Shown piece after piece: positions 51,569 through 64,000 of a stretch of 64,000 bases of DNA (its first letter is position 1; every line of letters begins with the position of its first letter). This DNA comes from Pyrinomonadaceae bacterium (GTDB lineage: Bacteria > Acidobacteriota > Blastocatellia > Pyrinomonadales > Pyrinomonadaceae). A program made the position numbers and the translations under genes. Where the stretch lies: contig JBKBYA010000002.1 in the NCBI GenBank assembly GCA_046313635.1, positions 448,001 to 512,000 of the forward strand, written 5' to 3'. The notes beneath the pieces are model-generated. The model saw only the letters and a program-made list of their open reading frames with translations, was not told where the DNA came from and ran no database searches.

Positions 51569-52510
51569 TCAGTCTGCGTCGCGGACCACCGCGCCGGCAA
51601 AGACCTCTTTCAGCGGCGGTTCCTTCTGCTCGCCGGCGACCGCCATGCTCTCTGCGCTGCGGCCGGCGATCGCGAGCGCCAGGAACGATGCGAACGCCGC
51701 GACGCCCTTGGCATAGGACGGCCCGCCGAGCACACACGCGTAGAAGCGGCGGCGCAGGCTGTGAATGTTCTTGAGATCGATAAAGAGGTCGTAGAACAAT
51801 CTGCGAAGGTCCTTTTCTCTGACCCTCGGCGGAATGTTGTTCGGCTGGCAAAAGACGCGCGAGCCCGGATCGATCAGCAGCCGCCAGCCGCGGCGTTTGA
51901 GACGCGGCGTGTACTCGGCGTCACCGAAATTCGGGAATCGCCTTTCGTCCATCAGACCGCACTCGCGGATCGCCTCGGTCGGGACGAGCAGGCAGTTGCC
52001 GACGATCAGATCGACCTCCCACGGGCGGTCAGGAATGGTCCAGACGGTCTGATGGGCCCAGTGCTGCCAGCCGCCGCGCCACGTCTGCCAAACCGGCGCC
52101 GTTTGAAACAGCTTGTGCGGCTGGTCCCAAAGCAGCAGCAGCGAACCGACAACCGATCGCGGAACTCTCTCGGCCGTGCGGACCAGGCTCTGCAGAAATT
52201 CCGCGTCAAAGACCTGGTCGTCGTTCATCATCAGCACGTACTTCGGGTCGCGTTCGAGCGCGACGCGTACGCCCGCGTTCGTGCCGCCGGTGAACCAAAG
52301 GTCGCCCGTGCCGGCGACGATCTCGACGTCAGGAAATTCCTGCCGGATGGCATCCGCCGTGCCGTCGGTCGATGCGTCGTCGACGACGATGACGTGCACG
52401 TCGAGCCCGTCGGAGTTGATCCGCGAAAGGCTGCGGAGGCACTGCAGGGTGATCTCTCGGCGGTTATAGACCGGCGTGACGACTGCGATGCGAATGTTGT
52501 CGGAACTCAT
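51569..52510 (-). CDS. GT2 glycosyltransferase
   Basis: PVYNRR, VDDASTDGT, MNDD, GNCLL. Confidence 0.9.
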   Translation of the reverse strand: MSSDNIRIAVVTPVYNRREITLQCLRSLSRINSDGLDVHVIVVDDASTDGTADAIRQEFPDVEIVAGTGDLWFTGGTNAGVRVALERDPKYVLMMNDDQVFDAEFLQSLVRTAERVPRSVVGSLLLLWDQPHKLFQTAPVWQTWRGGWQHWAHQTVWTIPDRPWEVDLIVGNCLLVPTEAIRECGLMDERRFPNFGDAEYTPRLKRRGWRLLIDPGSRVFCQPNNIPPRVREKDLRRLFYDLFIDLKNIHSLRRRFYACVLGGPSYAKGVAAFASFLALAIAGRSAESMAVAGEQKEPPLKEVFAGAVVRDAD

Positions 52511-53907
52511 TCCGCGGTCGAGCTGAGCGCTTCTCCGTTCTCGCCCCACCAGAGCTTTCGCAGGCGGTCGGTATTGGCCTCGTCGTCCTCGCTGTTGCCG
52601 ATCGCGATGTAGCGGATGCCGTCGCGCCCGGCGAGCCGCGACTTGAGCAGACGCCAAAAGTCCATGACCATCACCTCGGCCCATTGATTCTTAAAGTCGT
52701 CGGCGGTCAGCTCGGCAAATGCCGGGTCGGGCGTGGTGATGAGCACGGCCTCGGCCTGCTTGAGACATTCGCCGATCGAATCGAGCACCACGACGTGACG
52801 CTGGATGTCGCTGAGGTCCATCTCGGACGACATCGGATCGTAGGCGACGACGCGCATTCCGCTCTTTGCGAGGTGACGAGCGACGTAGACGCCCTGCGAC
52901 TCTTCGGTGACGTGCGAAAAGGGCTTGTACGAGAGACCGAGCACGGCGACGGTCGCGCCTTTTCGGATGAGCTTCTGCAGCCGGTTAGAGACGTTCTCGG
53001 CGACCGCTCGGTTCATCGAGTCGGTCGTCTGAGCGAGCCGGGCCTCGACGCCGAGCTCGCGTGCGATGAAAGAGAGCGCGACGTTGTCACGCGGAAAGCA
53101 CGGGCCGCCATAACCTATCGCTCCGGTCAGATACTTCCGGCCGATCCGGCTGTCCATCCCGAGCGCGTTGCTTACGACGTCGACATCGCCGCCCGGGATC
53201 TTTTCGCAGATCTCGGCGAGCATATTGGCGAAGGTGATCTTGGTCGTGACGAAGGTGTTGACCGAGATCTTGGTCAGCTCCGCATTCTCGAGGCTCATCC
53301 GCGCGGCCGGAGCTCCGTTGGTCATCACGCGCGAGTAGATCTCTTCGAGCTGAGAGCCGCAGCGCTGGTCGAGCTCGCCTATCAGGGTGAAGTCAGGGTT
53401 CAAAAAGTCGCGAATGATGCTGCCGAGAGCGATGAACTCGGGGCTGTAGCAGAGACCGAAGTCCCGGCCCGCCTTTTTGCCCGATTCTCTCTCGAGGATC
53501 GGCAGCAGCGCCTGACGCGTCGAGCCAGGCAAGACGGTGCTCGTCATCACGACGTTGTGGTAGGCGTCCTTTTTTGCGAGGGCTCTGCCGATCTCGCGAA
53601 ACGCCCACTCGGCGTACTGCAGCGAGAACGCCCCGCGCTCGTCGCTCGGCGTCGGGACGATGACGAAGGAGATGTCCGACCCGAGCACCGCCTCCTCGTG
53701 GCTCGAGGTCGCGCGGATGCGCTCGCGATTAGCCGCGATCGTCGCGTCGAGGTCGGTCTCCTGTACCGGCGCCCGTCCCTCGTTTACCGCGTCGACCGAA
53801 CGCTGGTTCACGTCGACGCCGATCACGCTGAGGCCCCGCATAGCGAATGCCGCCGCCATGCTTGCTCCGAGCTTGCCCAGCCCGATAACTGAAACTTTGT
53901 CTATCAT
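52507..53907 (-). CDS. UDP-glucose/GDP-mannose dehydrogenase family
   Basis: GLGKLG, VPTP, STV.PG, SPEF, GYGGPCFPRD. Confidence 0.93.
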   Translation of the reverse strand: MIDKVSVIGLGKLGASMAAAFAMRGLSVIGVDVNQRSVDAVNEGRAPVQETDLDATIAANRERIRATSSHEEAVLGSDISFVIVPTPSDERGAFSLQYAEWAFREIGRALAKKDAYHNVVMTSTVLPGSTRQALLPILERESGKKAGRDFGLCYSPEFIALGSIIRDFLNPDFTLIGELDQRCGSQLEEIYSRVMTNGAPAARMSLENAELTKISVNTFVTTKITFANMLAEICEKIPGGDVDVVSNALGMDSRIGRKYLTGAIGYGGPCFPRDNVALSFIARELGVEARLAQTTDSMNRAVAENVSNRLQKLIRKGATVAVLGLSYKPFSHVTEESQGVYVARHLAKSGMRVVAYDPMSSEMDLSDIQRHVVVLDSIGECLKQAEAVLITTPDPAFAELTADDFKNQWAEVMVMDFWRLLKSRLAGRDGIRYIAIGNSEDDEANTDRLRKLWWGENGEALSSTAE

Positions 53908-53932
53908 CGTGAGTGAGTCTTCCCTTTTTGAT

Positions 53933-54946
53933 CTAACTTGTCGCGACGGTGCCGACGAGCCTGCCGCCGTCGGCGCCTAGAGACCGGGCAACCTGTTGCT
54001 CGATCCACCGGTACGTGCGGCCGAGGCCGTCCTCGAGCGAGATCTGCGGCTCCCAGCCGAGCACTTCGCGCAGTTTGGTGTTGTCTGAGTTGCGGCCGCG
54101 GACGCCCATCGGCCCGTCGACGTGTTTTTTGGTGATCGATATTCCGGCTATCTCGGCGATGATGTCGGCGAGCTGATTGATCGTCACCATACGGTCCTGA
54201 CCGAGGTTGAGCGGCTCGGCAAAGTCCGACCTCATCAGCCGGTAGAGGCCCTCGACGCAGTCGTCGATATAGCAGAACGAGCGGGTCTGCTCGCCGTCGC
54301 CCCAGATCTCGATCTCGTGATCGCCCGTGAGCTTTGCCATCGCGATCTTGCGGCACATTGCGGCCGGAGCTTTTTCTCGGCCGCCCTCCCAGGTGCCCTT
54401 CTCGCCAAAGATGTTGTGAAACCTGACGGTCCGCGTCTCGATGCCGTAGTCCTCGCGGTAATGCATGCAGAGACGCTCGGAGACGAGCTTTTCCCATCCG
54501 TAAGCGTCCTGCGGAGCGGCCGGATATGCGTCCTCCTCTTTGAGCGGCGTCACGTTGGCGTCCTCCTGCAGATGCTCAGGATAGATGCATGCCGAGCTCG
54601 TGTAGAGATACCGCCCGACGCCGTTGACACGCGCCGCCTCGAGCGTGTGCAGGTTGATGAGCGAATTGTTGTACAGGATCTGCGCGTGATGACTCGAGAT
54701 GAATCCCATCCCGCCCATGTCGGCCGCGAGCGCGTAAACTTCGTCGACGCCCCTCGTCGACTGCAGGCACGCGTCCCAACGCCGAAGGTCGAGGATCTCG
54801 AACTCGTCCGCGTCGGTCTCGGCAAACTCCGGATATTTAAGGTCCACACCGCGCACCCAGTAGCCCCGGTCCTTGAGATAAGTGACAAGGTGGCTGCCGA
54901 TGAATCCGCCCGCACCGGTCACGAGCACCTTTGTTGGTGAAGTCAT
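53933..54946 (-). CDS. GDP-mannose 3,5-epimerase-like SDR
   Basis: TGAGGFIG, LAADMGGMGFI, SSACIYP, PQDAYG.EK, RFHNI.G..GTW.GGREKAPAA.CRK, GVRGRNSDN. Confidence 0.85.
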   Translation of the reverse strand: MTSPTKVLVTGAGGFIGSHLVTYLKDRGYWVRGVDLKYPEFAETDADEFEILDLRRWDACLQSTRGVDEVYALAADMGGMGFISSHHAQILYNNSLINLHTLEAARVNGVGRYLYTSSACIYPEHLQEDANVTPLKEEDAYPAAPQDAYGWEKLVSERLCMHYREDYGIETRTVRFHNIFGEKGTWEGGREKAPAAMCRKIAMAKLTGDHEIEIWGDGEQTRSFCYIDDCVEGLYRLMRSDFAEPLNLGQDRMVTINQLADIIAEIAGISITKKHVDGPMGVRGRNSDNTKLREVLGWEPQISLEDGLGRTYRWIEQQVARSLGADGGRLVGTVATS

Positions 54947-54972
54947 ATTTTGAATCAGTTCGCTCGCGGCCC

Positions 54973-57447
54973 TCACGCCTCGTCGTCGTGGCGGTAGCTG
55001 TCGCGATGATAATAGCTCTGGTAGTAGTAATAATTGTCCTCGGCCCGCAGATTGGCGTTGTTGAGCACTACGCCGAAGATCCTTGCCCCGAGATCCGAGA
55101 GGAGCTGCTTGGAACGCCGCACGACCTGACGCGAGGTCTTGCCCGAGTGGACGACAAGAATGACGCCGTCGACCATCGACGCGATCAGCACGCCGTCGGT
55201 GAACGACGCGATCGGCGGCGAGTCGATGACGACGTGCGTGAAATTGTCCTGAAGTATCTTGAGCAGATTCGCCATCTGCTCCGAGCCGATCAGCTCGGCC
55301 GGATTCGGCGGGATCGGTCCCGACGGCAGCAGATAAAGTTTCGACTCTTCGTCGCGCTTGATGATCTCGAGGATCTCGGGCGTGCCGACCTCGCTCGAGA
55401 GTATGGTGCTGAGCCCGGCCGCATTCGAGATGTTAAAGACCGAATGCAGCCGCGGCCGCCGCATATCCGCGTCGATCAGCAGCACCTTGGCGCCGGTCTG
55501 CGCGAGACTGATGGCGGTGTTGGTCGCCGTCGTGGTCTTGCCCTCGGCCGGCAAGCTCGACGTGATCAGGAGCGACTTCGGGGCGTGTCCCGCGGTCGAG
55601 AGCAGGATAGAAGTGCGAAGCTGGCGATACGCCTCGGCCAGCGACGAACGCGAGTCGGCCGAGATAAGCAGCTCGGTCGGGCCCTGGTCCTCGACCTGCT
55701 CTTCGCCGCCCACGAGCAGCAAGCGGCGCTTGGGCATCGATTCGATCGTCGGGATCGCGGCGAGAGCCGGCAGCTGCAGGTAGTTCTCGATTTCCTCGGT
55801 CGAGCGGATCGTGTCGTCGAGATACTCAAGGAAGAGCGCAAGGCCCATTCCGAATAGCGTCGACAGCATTAACGCGGCCAGCACCGTCATCAGCCTGCGG
55901 GGTGCGACCGGCGTGTCGTTGGGGATCGCGATCTCCGAGACGCTGATGTTGTTATCGGAGCCCTTCGCCGAGACGTCGTTGCTGCTTTGCTGCTCGATCA
56001 GATTTTTGAGAAAGCCCTTGTTGGTCTCGATATTCTGCTCCAGCAGCTTGAGGAGCACAGCGCCCTGATTCTGACCTTGGGCGATGTTGTACTGCTCGTT
56101 AAAGGCCGCGCGGACCTTGTCCTCTTGCTGCTTTGCCTGGTTGTACTTGGTCTGCAGGTTGGTCAAGATCGTGTTGGTCGCACGCTGGACAAAATTGTTG
56201 ATGTCCTCGGTGTTGCGGGCGACCTCGCGCGCCAGCGAGCGCTCGAGACTCTCGATCTGCACATCGATCTCGCGGACCGGATCGGCAGTTTCTTTGTACT
56301 CCTGGAGCAGCTTGTCCCGGTCTGAACGGAGCTGGGCGATCTTTTTCTGTGTATCGTTCTTGAGATCGCGGAGCGAATTTTCGCGTTCGGTCACGTAGCG
56401 GGCCATCTGGTCCTGCGCCATCTCGCGGACGGCGGTCGGATTGTCGCGGACGGCGAAGTACTGAGCCTCGGCATTCTTGCGCGCGTTCTCGGCCTCGAGA
56501 AGCTGTTTGTTGAGGCCGGCGAGGCGTTCGAGGTCGATCGTGCCTTCGCCGGTGGTGGGCAGTATCCCTTCTCTGCGTTTCAGCTCGACGAGCTTTGTCT
56601 CGTCGGCTTTGATCTCGCTCTGCAGGTCGGCGATGCGCTTGCCGAGAAAGTCGCTGGTCTTGCGGTTAGTGCCCGACCGCTTTTCCTCGTTCATCAGGGT
56701 AAAGGTCTCGGCGATGGCGTTCGCGACAAAGGCCGCGAGCTCCGGGTCGTTGCTGCGGTAAGAGATCTCTATGAGGCGAGTGTCCTTGACCGTCGCTCGC
56801 GACTCGCGTATCGGCTCGATGCTGAGATTCTTGCGGATGACGTCCACGTACGGCGAGAGCCTCATCGCCTCCTCTACCTCGTCGGACGAGGCAATGCCGG
56901 TATCGGGCAAGACGTCAGCGTCCTTCTTTTTGTCGCCGCTGCCGTCGCTCGCGAGGCCGACCGTTTTGAGCATAGAGCGCCAAGGCGACACCGCTGCCTC
57001 GGTCTTGGCCTGCTGAAACTCCTTATTGGTATCGAGACTGTGTTCCTTGACCACGCGGCGGAGCAGGCTCTCGCTGCTGAGCAGCTGAAGCTGCGTGTTG
57101 AAATACGCCGGGTCGGGGTTTGAGAGCGGGCGCGAGCGGTCGGTCGTGACGAGGTCGGGATTGGTCTGCTCGAGATCGACCTGGACGACCGCCCGGGCCG
57201 AGTAGACATTGGGTTTGCGCGCCATATAAATGGCGGCGAGCGTCGTGAAAAGCACCGCGATCCCGATCACGAGCCACAGCCGTTTGCGGATCGCGCGCCA
57301 GTAATCGAGCAGCTGAAAGCCCTCGGAGCCGTAACTGTCGCGGTAGCCGGGATACCTGCCCGGCGCGACGACCTGCGGCTCAAACGGCCGAGCGATCTCG
57401 GCGGTCTCGACGACCGAGGTCTTGATGATTTCGCGCGTTTCTTTCAT
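54973..57447 (-). CDS. wzc: Wzc-type polysaccharide co-polymerase/tyrosine autokinase
   Basis: Two TMs around coiled-coil, EAYR.LRT, TSS.PAEGKTT, DADMRRP, DSPP, Tyr-rich tail YYYYQSYY. Confidence 0.93.
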   Translation of the reverse strand: MKETREIIKTSVVETAEIARPFEPQVVAPGRYPGYRDSYGSEGFQLLDYWRAIRKRLWLVIGIAVLFTTLAAIYMARKPNVYSARAVVQVDLEQTNPDLVTTDRSRPLSNPDPAYFNTQLQLLSSESLLRRVVKEHSLDTNKEFQQAKTEAAVSPWRSMLKTVGLASDGSGDKKKDADVLPDTGIASSDEVEEAMRLSPYVDVIRKNLSIEPIRESRATVKDTRLIEISYRSNDPELAAFVANAIAETFTLMNEEKRSGTNRKTSDFLGKRIADLQSEIKADETKLVELKRREGILPTTGEGTIDLERLAGLNKQLLEAENARKNAEAQYFAVRDNPTAVREMAQDQMARYVTERENSLRDLKNDTQKKIAQLRSDRDKLLQEYKETADPVREIDVQIESLERSLAREVARNTEDINNFVQRATNTILTNLQTKYNQAKQQEDKVRAAFNEQYNIAQGQNQGAVLLKLLEQNIETNKGFLKNLIEQQSSNDVSAKGSDNNISVSEIAIPNDTPVAPRRLMTVLAALMLSTLFGMGLALFLEYLDDTIRSTEEIENYLQLPALAAIPTIESMPKRRLLLVGGEEQVEDQGPTELLISADSRSSLAEAYRQLRTSILLSTAGHAPKSLLITSSLPAEGKTTTATNTAISLAQTGAKVLLIDADMRRPRLHSVFNISNAAGLSTILSSEVGTPEILEIIKRDEESKLYLLPSGPIPPNPAELIGSEQMANLLKILQDNFTHVVIDSPPIASFTDGVLIASMVDGVILVVHSGKTSRQVVRRSKQLLSDLGARIFGVVLNNANLRAEDNYYYYQSYYHRDSYRHDDEA

Positions 57448-57453
57448 TTGATC

Positions 57454-58440
57454 CTATGGCGCCGGAACGCGGTAGAAGATCGAACCGACACCGCCGGTCA
57501 GCGACCTGCCGATACTGTTGATGATGCTCTTTGCCTTGTCCTCCGAAATGGCGACGATGTCGTTCGGCTCGAGAAACGGGTCGGGCTGCTTACCGGCGAC
57601 GATGCTTTTGACATTGTAAACGAGCTCTTCGCGCTCGGACGAGTTGGGCTTTTGCCGCAGCACGCGGACGCTGCCGAGATTGGAGGCCGACTTGGCCCCC
57701 TCGGCCTCGGCGATCGCCTGTACGAGAGTGATCGGCTCTTTCATCTTCACGGCCTTTTGCTTATTGACGTTGCCGTAAACGTAGACCTGATCGGCGTCTG
57801 AGACAAAGACGATGTCGCCGGGCTGCATCACGAGACGCTGCTTTGCCTCGCGGACGTCCTTGATCCTGAAGTCAAATAGCTGAATGTCGCTCGATGCGCC
57901 GGCCGCCGCGGCGACCGCTGCGGCGTCATTCTCGGGTGTGCGGCAGTTTGAGTTGCTGCCCATCCGCGCGACGAGTATGCGCGAGCCGGCCTTTTCCGGA
58001 TCGGGACCGCCGGCGTACGCGAGCAGCTCCAGCAGCTGCACGGGACGCGTGATGTAAAAGTTGCCCGGCTTGACCACCGCGCCGAGAACGGCGACGTACT
58101 GCGACTTTTGATCGACGGCGACGACGCTCACTTCCGGATTGCGAAGGTAATCCTTGGCATACGCGGCGGCTATGTCACGAGCGAGCTCGCTCTCGGTCTT
58201 GCAGACGGCGAGTATCGGCCGGTCGAGCTTAAAGAGATTGATCGTGCCGTTGGGGTTGACGGCGACGCGGCGGCTCAGCTCGGGATGTCTGAAGACCTGC
58301 ACCTCGAGCGTATCCTGATAACCGATACGGTATCGCTGCGCGGCGGAATTCTGATCGGCCGGGGCCGGCGGCTCCTGCGCCGCTGCGAGCCCGGCGCAGG
58401 CCAAAAGACAAATGACTGACAGAATGTAAAAACGCTTCAT
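57454..58440 (-). CDS. Polysaccharide export protein (Wza/SLBB family)
   Basis: Signal peptide, YRIG..D.L.V.V, G.I.L, V.G.V.KPG, two SLBB-like repeats. Confidence 0.87.
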   Translation of the reverse strand: MKRFYILSVICLLACAGLAAAQEPPAPADQNSAAQRYRIGYQDTLEVQVFRHPELSRRVAVNPNGTINLFKLDRPILAVCKTESELARDIAAAYAKDYLRNPEVSVVAVDQKSQYVAVLGAVVKPGNFYITRPVQLLELLAYAGGPDPEKAGSRILVARMGSNSNCRTPENDAAAVAAAAGASSDIQLFDFRIKDVREAKQRLVMQPGDIVFVSDADQVYVYGNVNKQKAVKMKEPITLVQAIAEAEGAKSASNLGSVRVLRQKPNSSEREELVYNVKSIVAGKQPDPFLEPNDIVAISEDKAKSIINSIGRSLTGGVGSIFYRVPAP

Positions 58441-58561
58441 TTCTGTGCACCTCACTCAAGATCCGATCAGCTGATTTTTCCGAATGTCCGAATAAACCGG
58501 GGAGCCGGAGAGATTGGTATATCCTCGAATAACAATACCTTAAACCGTTTGATCGAGGAAG

Positions 58562-58570
58562 ATTCTATCA
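58562..58570 (-). promoter_or_regulatory. Extended -10 element upstream of the polysaccharide locus
   Basis: TGaTAGAAT on minus strand about 120 nt before the export gene. Confidence 0.4.
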
Positions 58571-58656
58571 AACTGGACCGCCGTTGGAAACCGCTGTTTT
58601 GAATCGTCCGGCCTTTTAGCTAAACTTTGAATCTCGCTGATCATCTCTCGTTCTGT

Positions 58657-61323
<2,667 letters not shown>

Positions 61324-61383
61324 GTTTGTAGTTAAGAGATGACCTCAGCGGTCGGCGCCGGCACAGCTCATCCGATACTTCAT

Positions 61384-62493
61384 ATGCTCCAGGCCGAACT
61401 CAAATCGCTCGCGATCGAAGAAAAGATCGGCCAATTGTTTTTCATCGGTCTGCACGGGACCGAGCTCGAGGGCGACGCGGCGCGGCTCGTCGACGAGATA
61501 CGGCCCGGCGGCGTGTGTCTTTTTGCACGCAACATCCGCGAGGCCGCGCAAACGCGTGCGTTGCTCGACGCGCTGCGAGGAGCGCTGCCTGTAGAGCCGC
61601 TGCTGAGCCTCGATCAGGAAGGCGGTCTCGTCGATCGCCTCCGCCGCGTCGTCACGCCGATGCCGTCCGCCAGCAAGCTGCGCAGCGAGAGCGACGCGGC
61701 CGAGCTCGCAAGGATCATTGCCGAGTGCGCGCGCATTCTCGGTTTCAATATGGATTTTGCTCCGGTCGTCGACGTCGTTGACGGACCGCGGGGCGGGTAC
61801 TCGAATGGCGGACTCGTGTCGCGTGCGTTCGGCAAGTCGGCCGACGACGTCGTCCGCTTAGCCGGGACGTTTTTGTCAGAGCTGCGATCGTGCGGCGTCG
61901 TCGGCTGCATCAAGCACTTTCCCGGACTCGGCGCCTCGCAGGTCGACTCGCATGAGGAACTGCCGCTGGTCGCCGTCTCCGACGACGAATTTCGCAGCGT
62001 CGATCTGGCGCCCTACGTTGAACTGATCGAGCGCGGCGGCGTCCAGGCGGTGATGGTCGCGCACGCCGCCTATCCGACACTCGCCTTGCAGGAGTCGAGA
62101 GCAGATGGCAAACTGCTCCCGTCGTCGCTCAGTTCCCGATACATTGATAATTTGCTGCGGCGCGAGCTCGGCTTCGAGGGTTTGGTCGTCACCGACGACC
62201 TCGAAATGGGAGCGATCGTCAGGAATTTCGGTATCGCCGAGGCCTGCCGGCTTGCGATAGCGGCCGGGGCAGACATGCTCGCGATCTGCGCGCGGCCCGA
62301 GGCCGTACGCGAAGGGTTTGATGCGCTCGCCGAGGCTGTCGCCCGCGGCGAGATCAGCGAGGCGAGAATAGATACATCGCTCGCGCGTATCGCGGGCGTC
62401 AAACAAACGCTTTCGCTGCCGCTCCCCTTTGATCCGCGGCGGATCGACGAGCTCTCAGCCGCCGTCGCCGAACTCAACGCACGACTCGAATAG
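61384..62493 (+). CDS. nagZ: Beta-N-acetylhexosaminidase (GH3)
   Basis: DQEGG.V.R, FAPVVD, KHFPGLG...VDSH, TDDLEM. Confidence 0.88.
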   Translation: MLQAELKSLAIEEKIGQLFFIGLHGTELEGDAARLVDEIRPGGVCLFARNIREAAQTRALLDALRGALPVEPLLSLDQEGGLVDRLRRVVTPMPSASKLRSESDAAELARIIAECARILGFNMDFAPVVDVVDGPRGGYSNGGLVSRAFGKSADDVVRLAGTFLSELRSCGVVGCIKHFPGLGASQVDSHEELPLVAVSDDEFRSVDLAPYVELIERGGVQAVMVAHAAYPTLALQESRADGKLLPSSLSSRYIDNLLRRELGFEGLVVTDDLEMGAIVRNFGIAEACRLAIAAGADMLAICARPEAVREGFDALAEAVARGEISEARIDTSLARIAGVKQTLSLPLPFDPRRIDELSAAVAELNARLE

Positions 62494-62515
62494 AATCACG
62501 GAGGACAAGATCTCT

Positions 62516-64000
62516 TTGCGCAAAATTCTCATCTCATTCGTACTCGCAGCCCTCGCTCTCTCACTTGCCTGCCGCCGCAACGCGACAAGCAGCGACACCG
62601 TCACGATCGCCTTGCCCGACAAGTTCACCACGCTCGACACGCTGACATCGACCGGGTCTGACGCCGCCGCCGAGCGCCTGCGGACGATGATATTCAACAC
62701 GCTGGTCCGCAAGAACGAGAACTTTGAATACGTCGGCGAGCTCGCGCAGGAGATACAGACGTCGGCCGATAACAAGACGATCACATTCGTGCTGCACGAC
62801 AACGTGAAGTTTCACAACGGCAAGCCGTTCACGTCGGCTGACGTGAAGTACACGTTTGACGAGCTCTTCAAGAGCGGCGGCTACAAGTCGGGAGCGTTCT
62901 TTGATACGGTCCCCGCCGCCTCGAAGCCGACGGCTCCGCCGGCCGCGGCTGCCTCATCGACGCCCGCGAATGGAGCGGCAAAACCAGCCGAGTCGCCCGC
63001 TGCGACCCGCGTCGCGCACATCGAGTCGATCACGACGCCCGATGCTAGAACGGTCGTCTTCGTCGTCAGCCGACCCGCGTTAAAGAATCAACTGCTTTCA
63101 AACCTTGTCGCGATCCCGATCATCGCCGAGGGCACGGCCGCACAGCAAAAGGAGCAGCCGGTCGGGACCGGGCCGTACAAATTCACGAGCTTTGACCAGT
63201 CGCAGAATATCGTCGAGCTCGCCGCCAACGGCGATTATTGGGAAGGCGCTCCCAAGGTCGCAAAGATCCGCGTCAAGACCGTCACCGACGCCAACTCGCT
63301 TGCGGCCGAACTGCAGACAGGCGGTGTCGATATCGCGCCGAACCCGTCAAACCTGCCGCCCGACAGCATCAAGTCTCTGACCTCAAATCCTGACCTGAAG
63401 CTCGAGCAGTCGGACGGCTCTAACATTCAGTATCTCGTCTTTAACACGCAGTCCGCGCCGCTCGACAAGGTCAAGATCAGGCAGGCCATCGCCTACGGCG
63501 TCGACCGGCAAAAGATAATCAACGAGCTCCTCTCGGGCCAGGCCAAAGCCGCGGATTCGATATTGCCGGCACAGTCTTGGGCTTACGCCCCGGGCCGCAC
63601 ATATTCGTACGATCCCGCAAAGGCCCGTCAGCTGCTCGCCGAAGCGGGCTACAAGGGCGAACCGATCAAATTCAAATACGGCTCCGGCAATGCGATGGTG
63701 AATCAGTATTCGCAGGCGATCCAGAGCTCTCTCGCGGCGGTCGGTCTCAACGTCCAGATCGAGACGCTCGAGGTCAACACCATCCGCCAGCAGCTCGCTC
63801 AGGGCGATTTCCAAATGTACACGGGCGTGTGGATCGGCGGCAATCAGGACCCGATCTTCCTCCGCGATCTCTTTAGCTCGTCGAGGATCCCAGGCGGGGC
63901 CGTGAGCTGCTGCAACCGCAGCCGGTACGTAAATGCGCAGGTCGACAAGCTTGTCGATGAAGCGATCAACGCCGCCGACCGCGAGCAGGCCAAGGCACTC
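62516..64000 (+). CDS. ABC transporter substrate-binding lipoprotein, family 5 (truncated by window end; absent from ORF track)
   Basis: GAGG then TTG; MRKILISFVLAALALSLAC lipobox; F.LHDNVKFHNGKPFTSADVKYTF, PVGTGPYKF, VKIRQAIAYGVDR; frame appears open to the end. Confidence 0.9.
   Translation, partial: MRKILISFVLAALALSLACRRNATSSDTVTIALPDKFTTLDTLTSTGSDAAAERLRTMIFNTLVRKNENFEYVGELAQEIQTSADNKTITFVLHDNVKFHNGKPFTSADVKYTFDELFKSGGYKSGAFFDTVPAASKPTAPPAAAASSTPANGAAKPAESPAATRVAHIESITTPDARTVVFVVSRPALKNQLLSNLVAIPIIAEGTAAQQKEQPVGTGPYKFTSFDQSQNIVELAANGDYWEGAPKVAKIRVKTVTDANSLAAELQTGGVDIAPNPSNLPPDSIKSLTSNPDLKLEQSDGSNIQYLVFNTQSAPLDKVKIRQAIAYGVDRQKIINELLSGQAKAADSILPAQSWAYAPGRTYSYDPAKARQLLAEAGYKGEPIKFKYGSGNAMVNQYSQAIQSSLAAVGLNVQIETLEVNTIRQQLAQGDFQMYTGVWIGGNQDPIFLRDLFSSSRIPGGAVSCCNRSRYVNAQVDKLVDEAINAADREQAKAL

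Overview
Chromosomal window from a high-GC bacterium; gene content (fused LptF/G, FhaA-type FHA protein, PqqD-fusion protein) suggests Acidobacteriota/Blastocatellia (inference). 1-31.7 kb is mostly housekeeping: FHA protein, USP, MarR, tal, hslUV, recO, lptFG, a PAS-GAF-PAS-GGDEF-EAL protein, ahcY, metK, parAB, miaB, dnaE, accA, ssb, rimI, tsaB. 34-58.4 kb is a minus-strand Wzy-type surface-polysaccharide locus (wza, wzc, wzx, wzy, GME-like epimerase, three methyltransferases, ADP-heptose genes incl. an HldC-GmhA fusion, an L-QuiNAc-like pathway, WbpL-like initiating transferase). mutS, nagZ and a truncated ABC substrate-binding lipoprotein close the window. Best candidate for an undescribed system: a three-gene cassette at 31.7-34.0 kb at the tail of the glycan locus, made of an HprK-like kinase, a PqqD/RRE domain fused to an internal Tat-like signal and an 8-Cys peptide (with its own promoter and 3' hairpin), and an NTP_transf_5-type nucleotidyltransferase. 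It looks like a phospho-glycosylating RiPP-like system without lasso cyclase or radical SAM enzyme. Other notable signals: six palindromic boxes phased at exactly 22 bp next to marR, and miaB/dnaE head-to-head only 2 bp apart, each with a promoter-like sequence inside the other gene. No rRNA, tRNA, CRISPR array or transposase was recognised. All family calls come from motif recognition by eye, not database searches.
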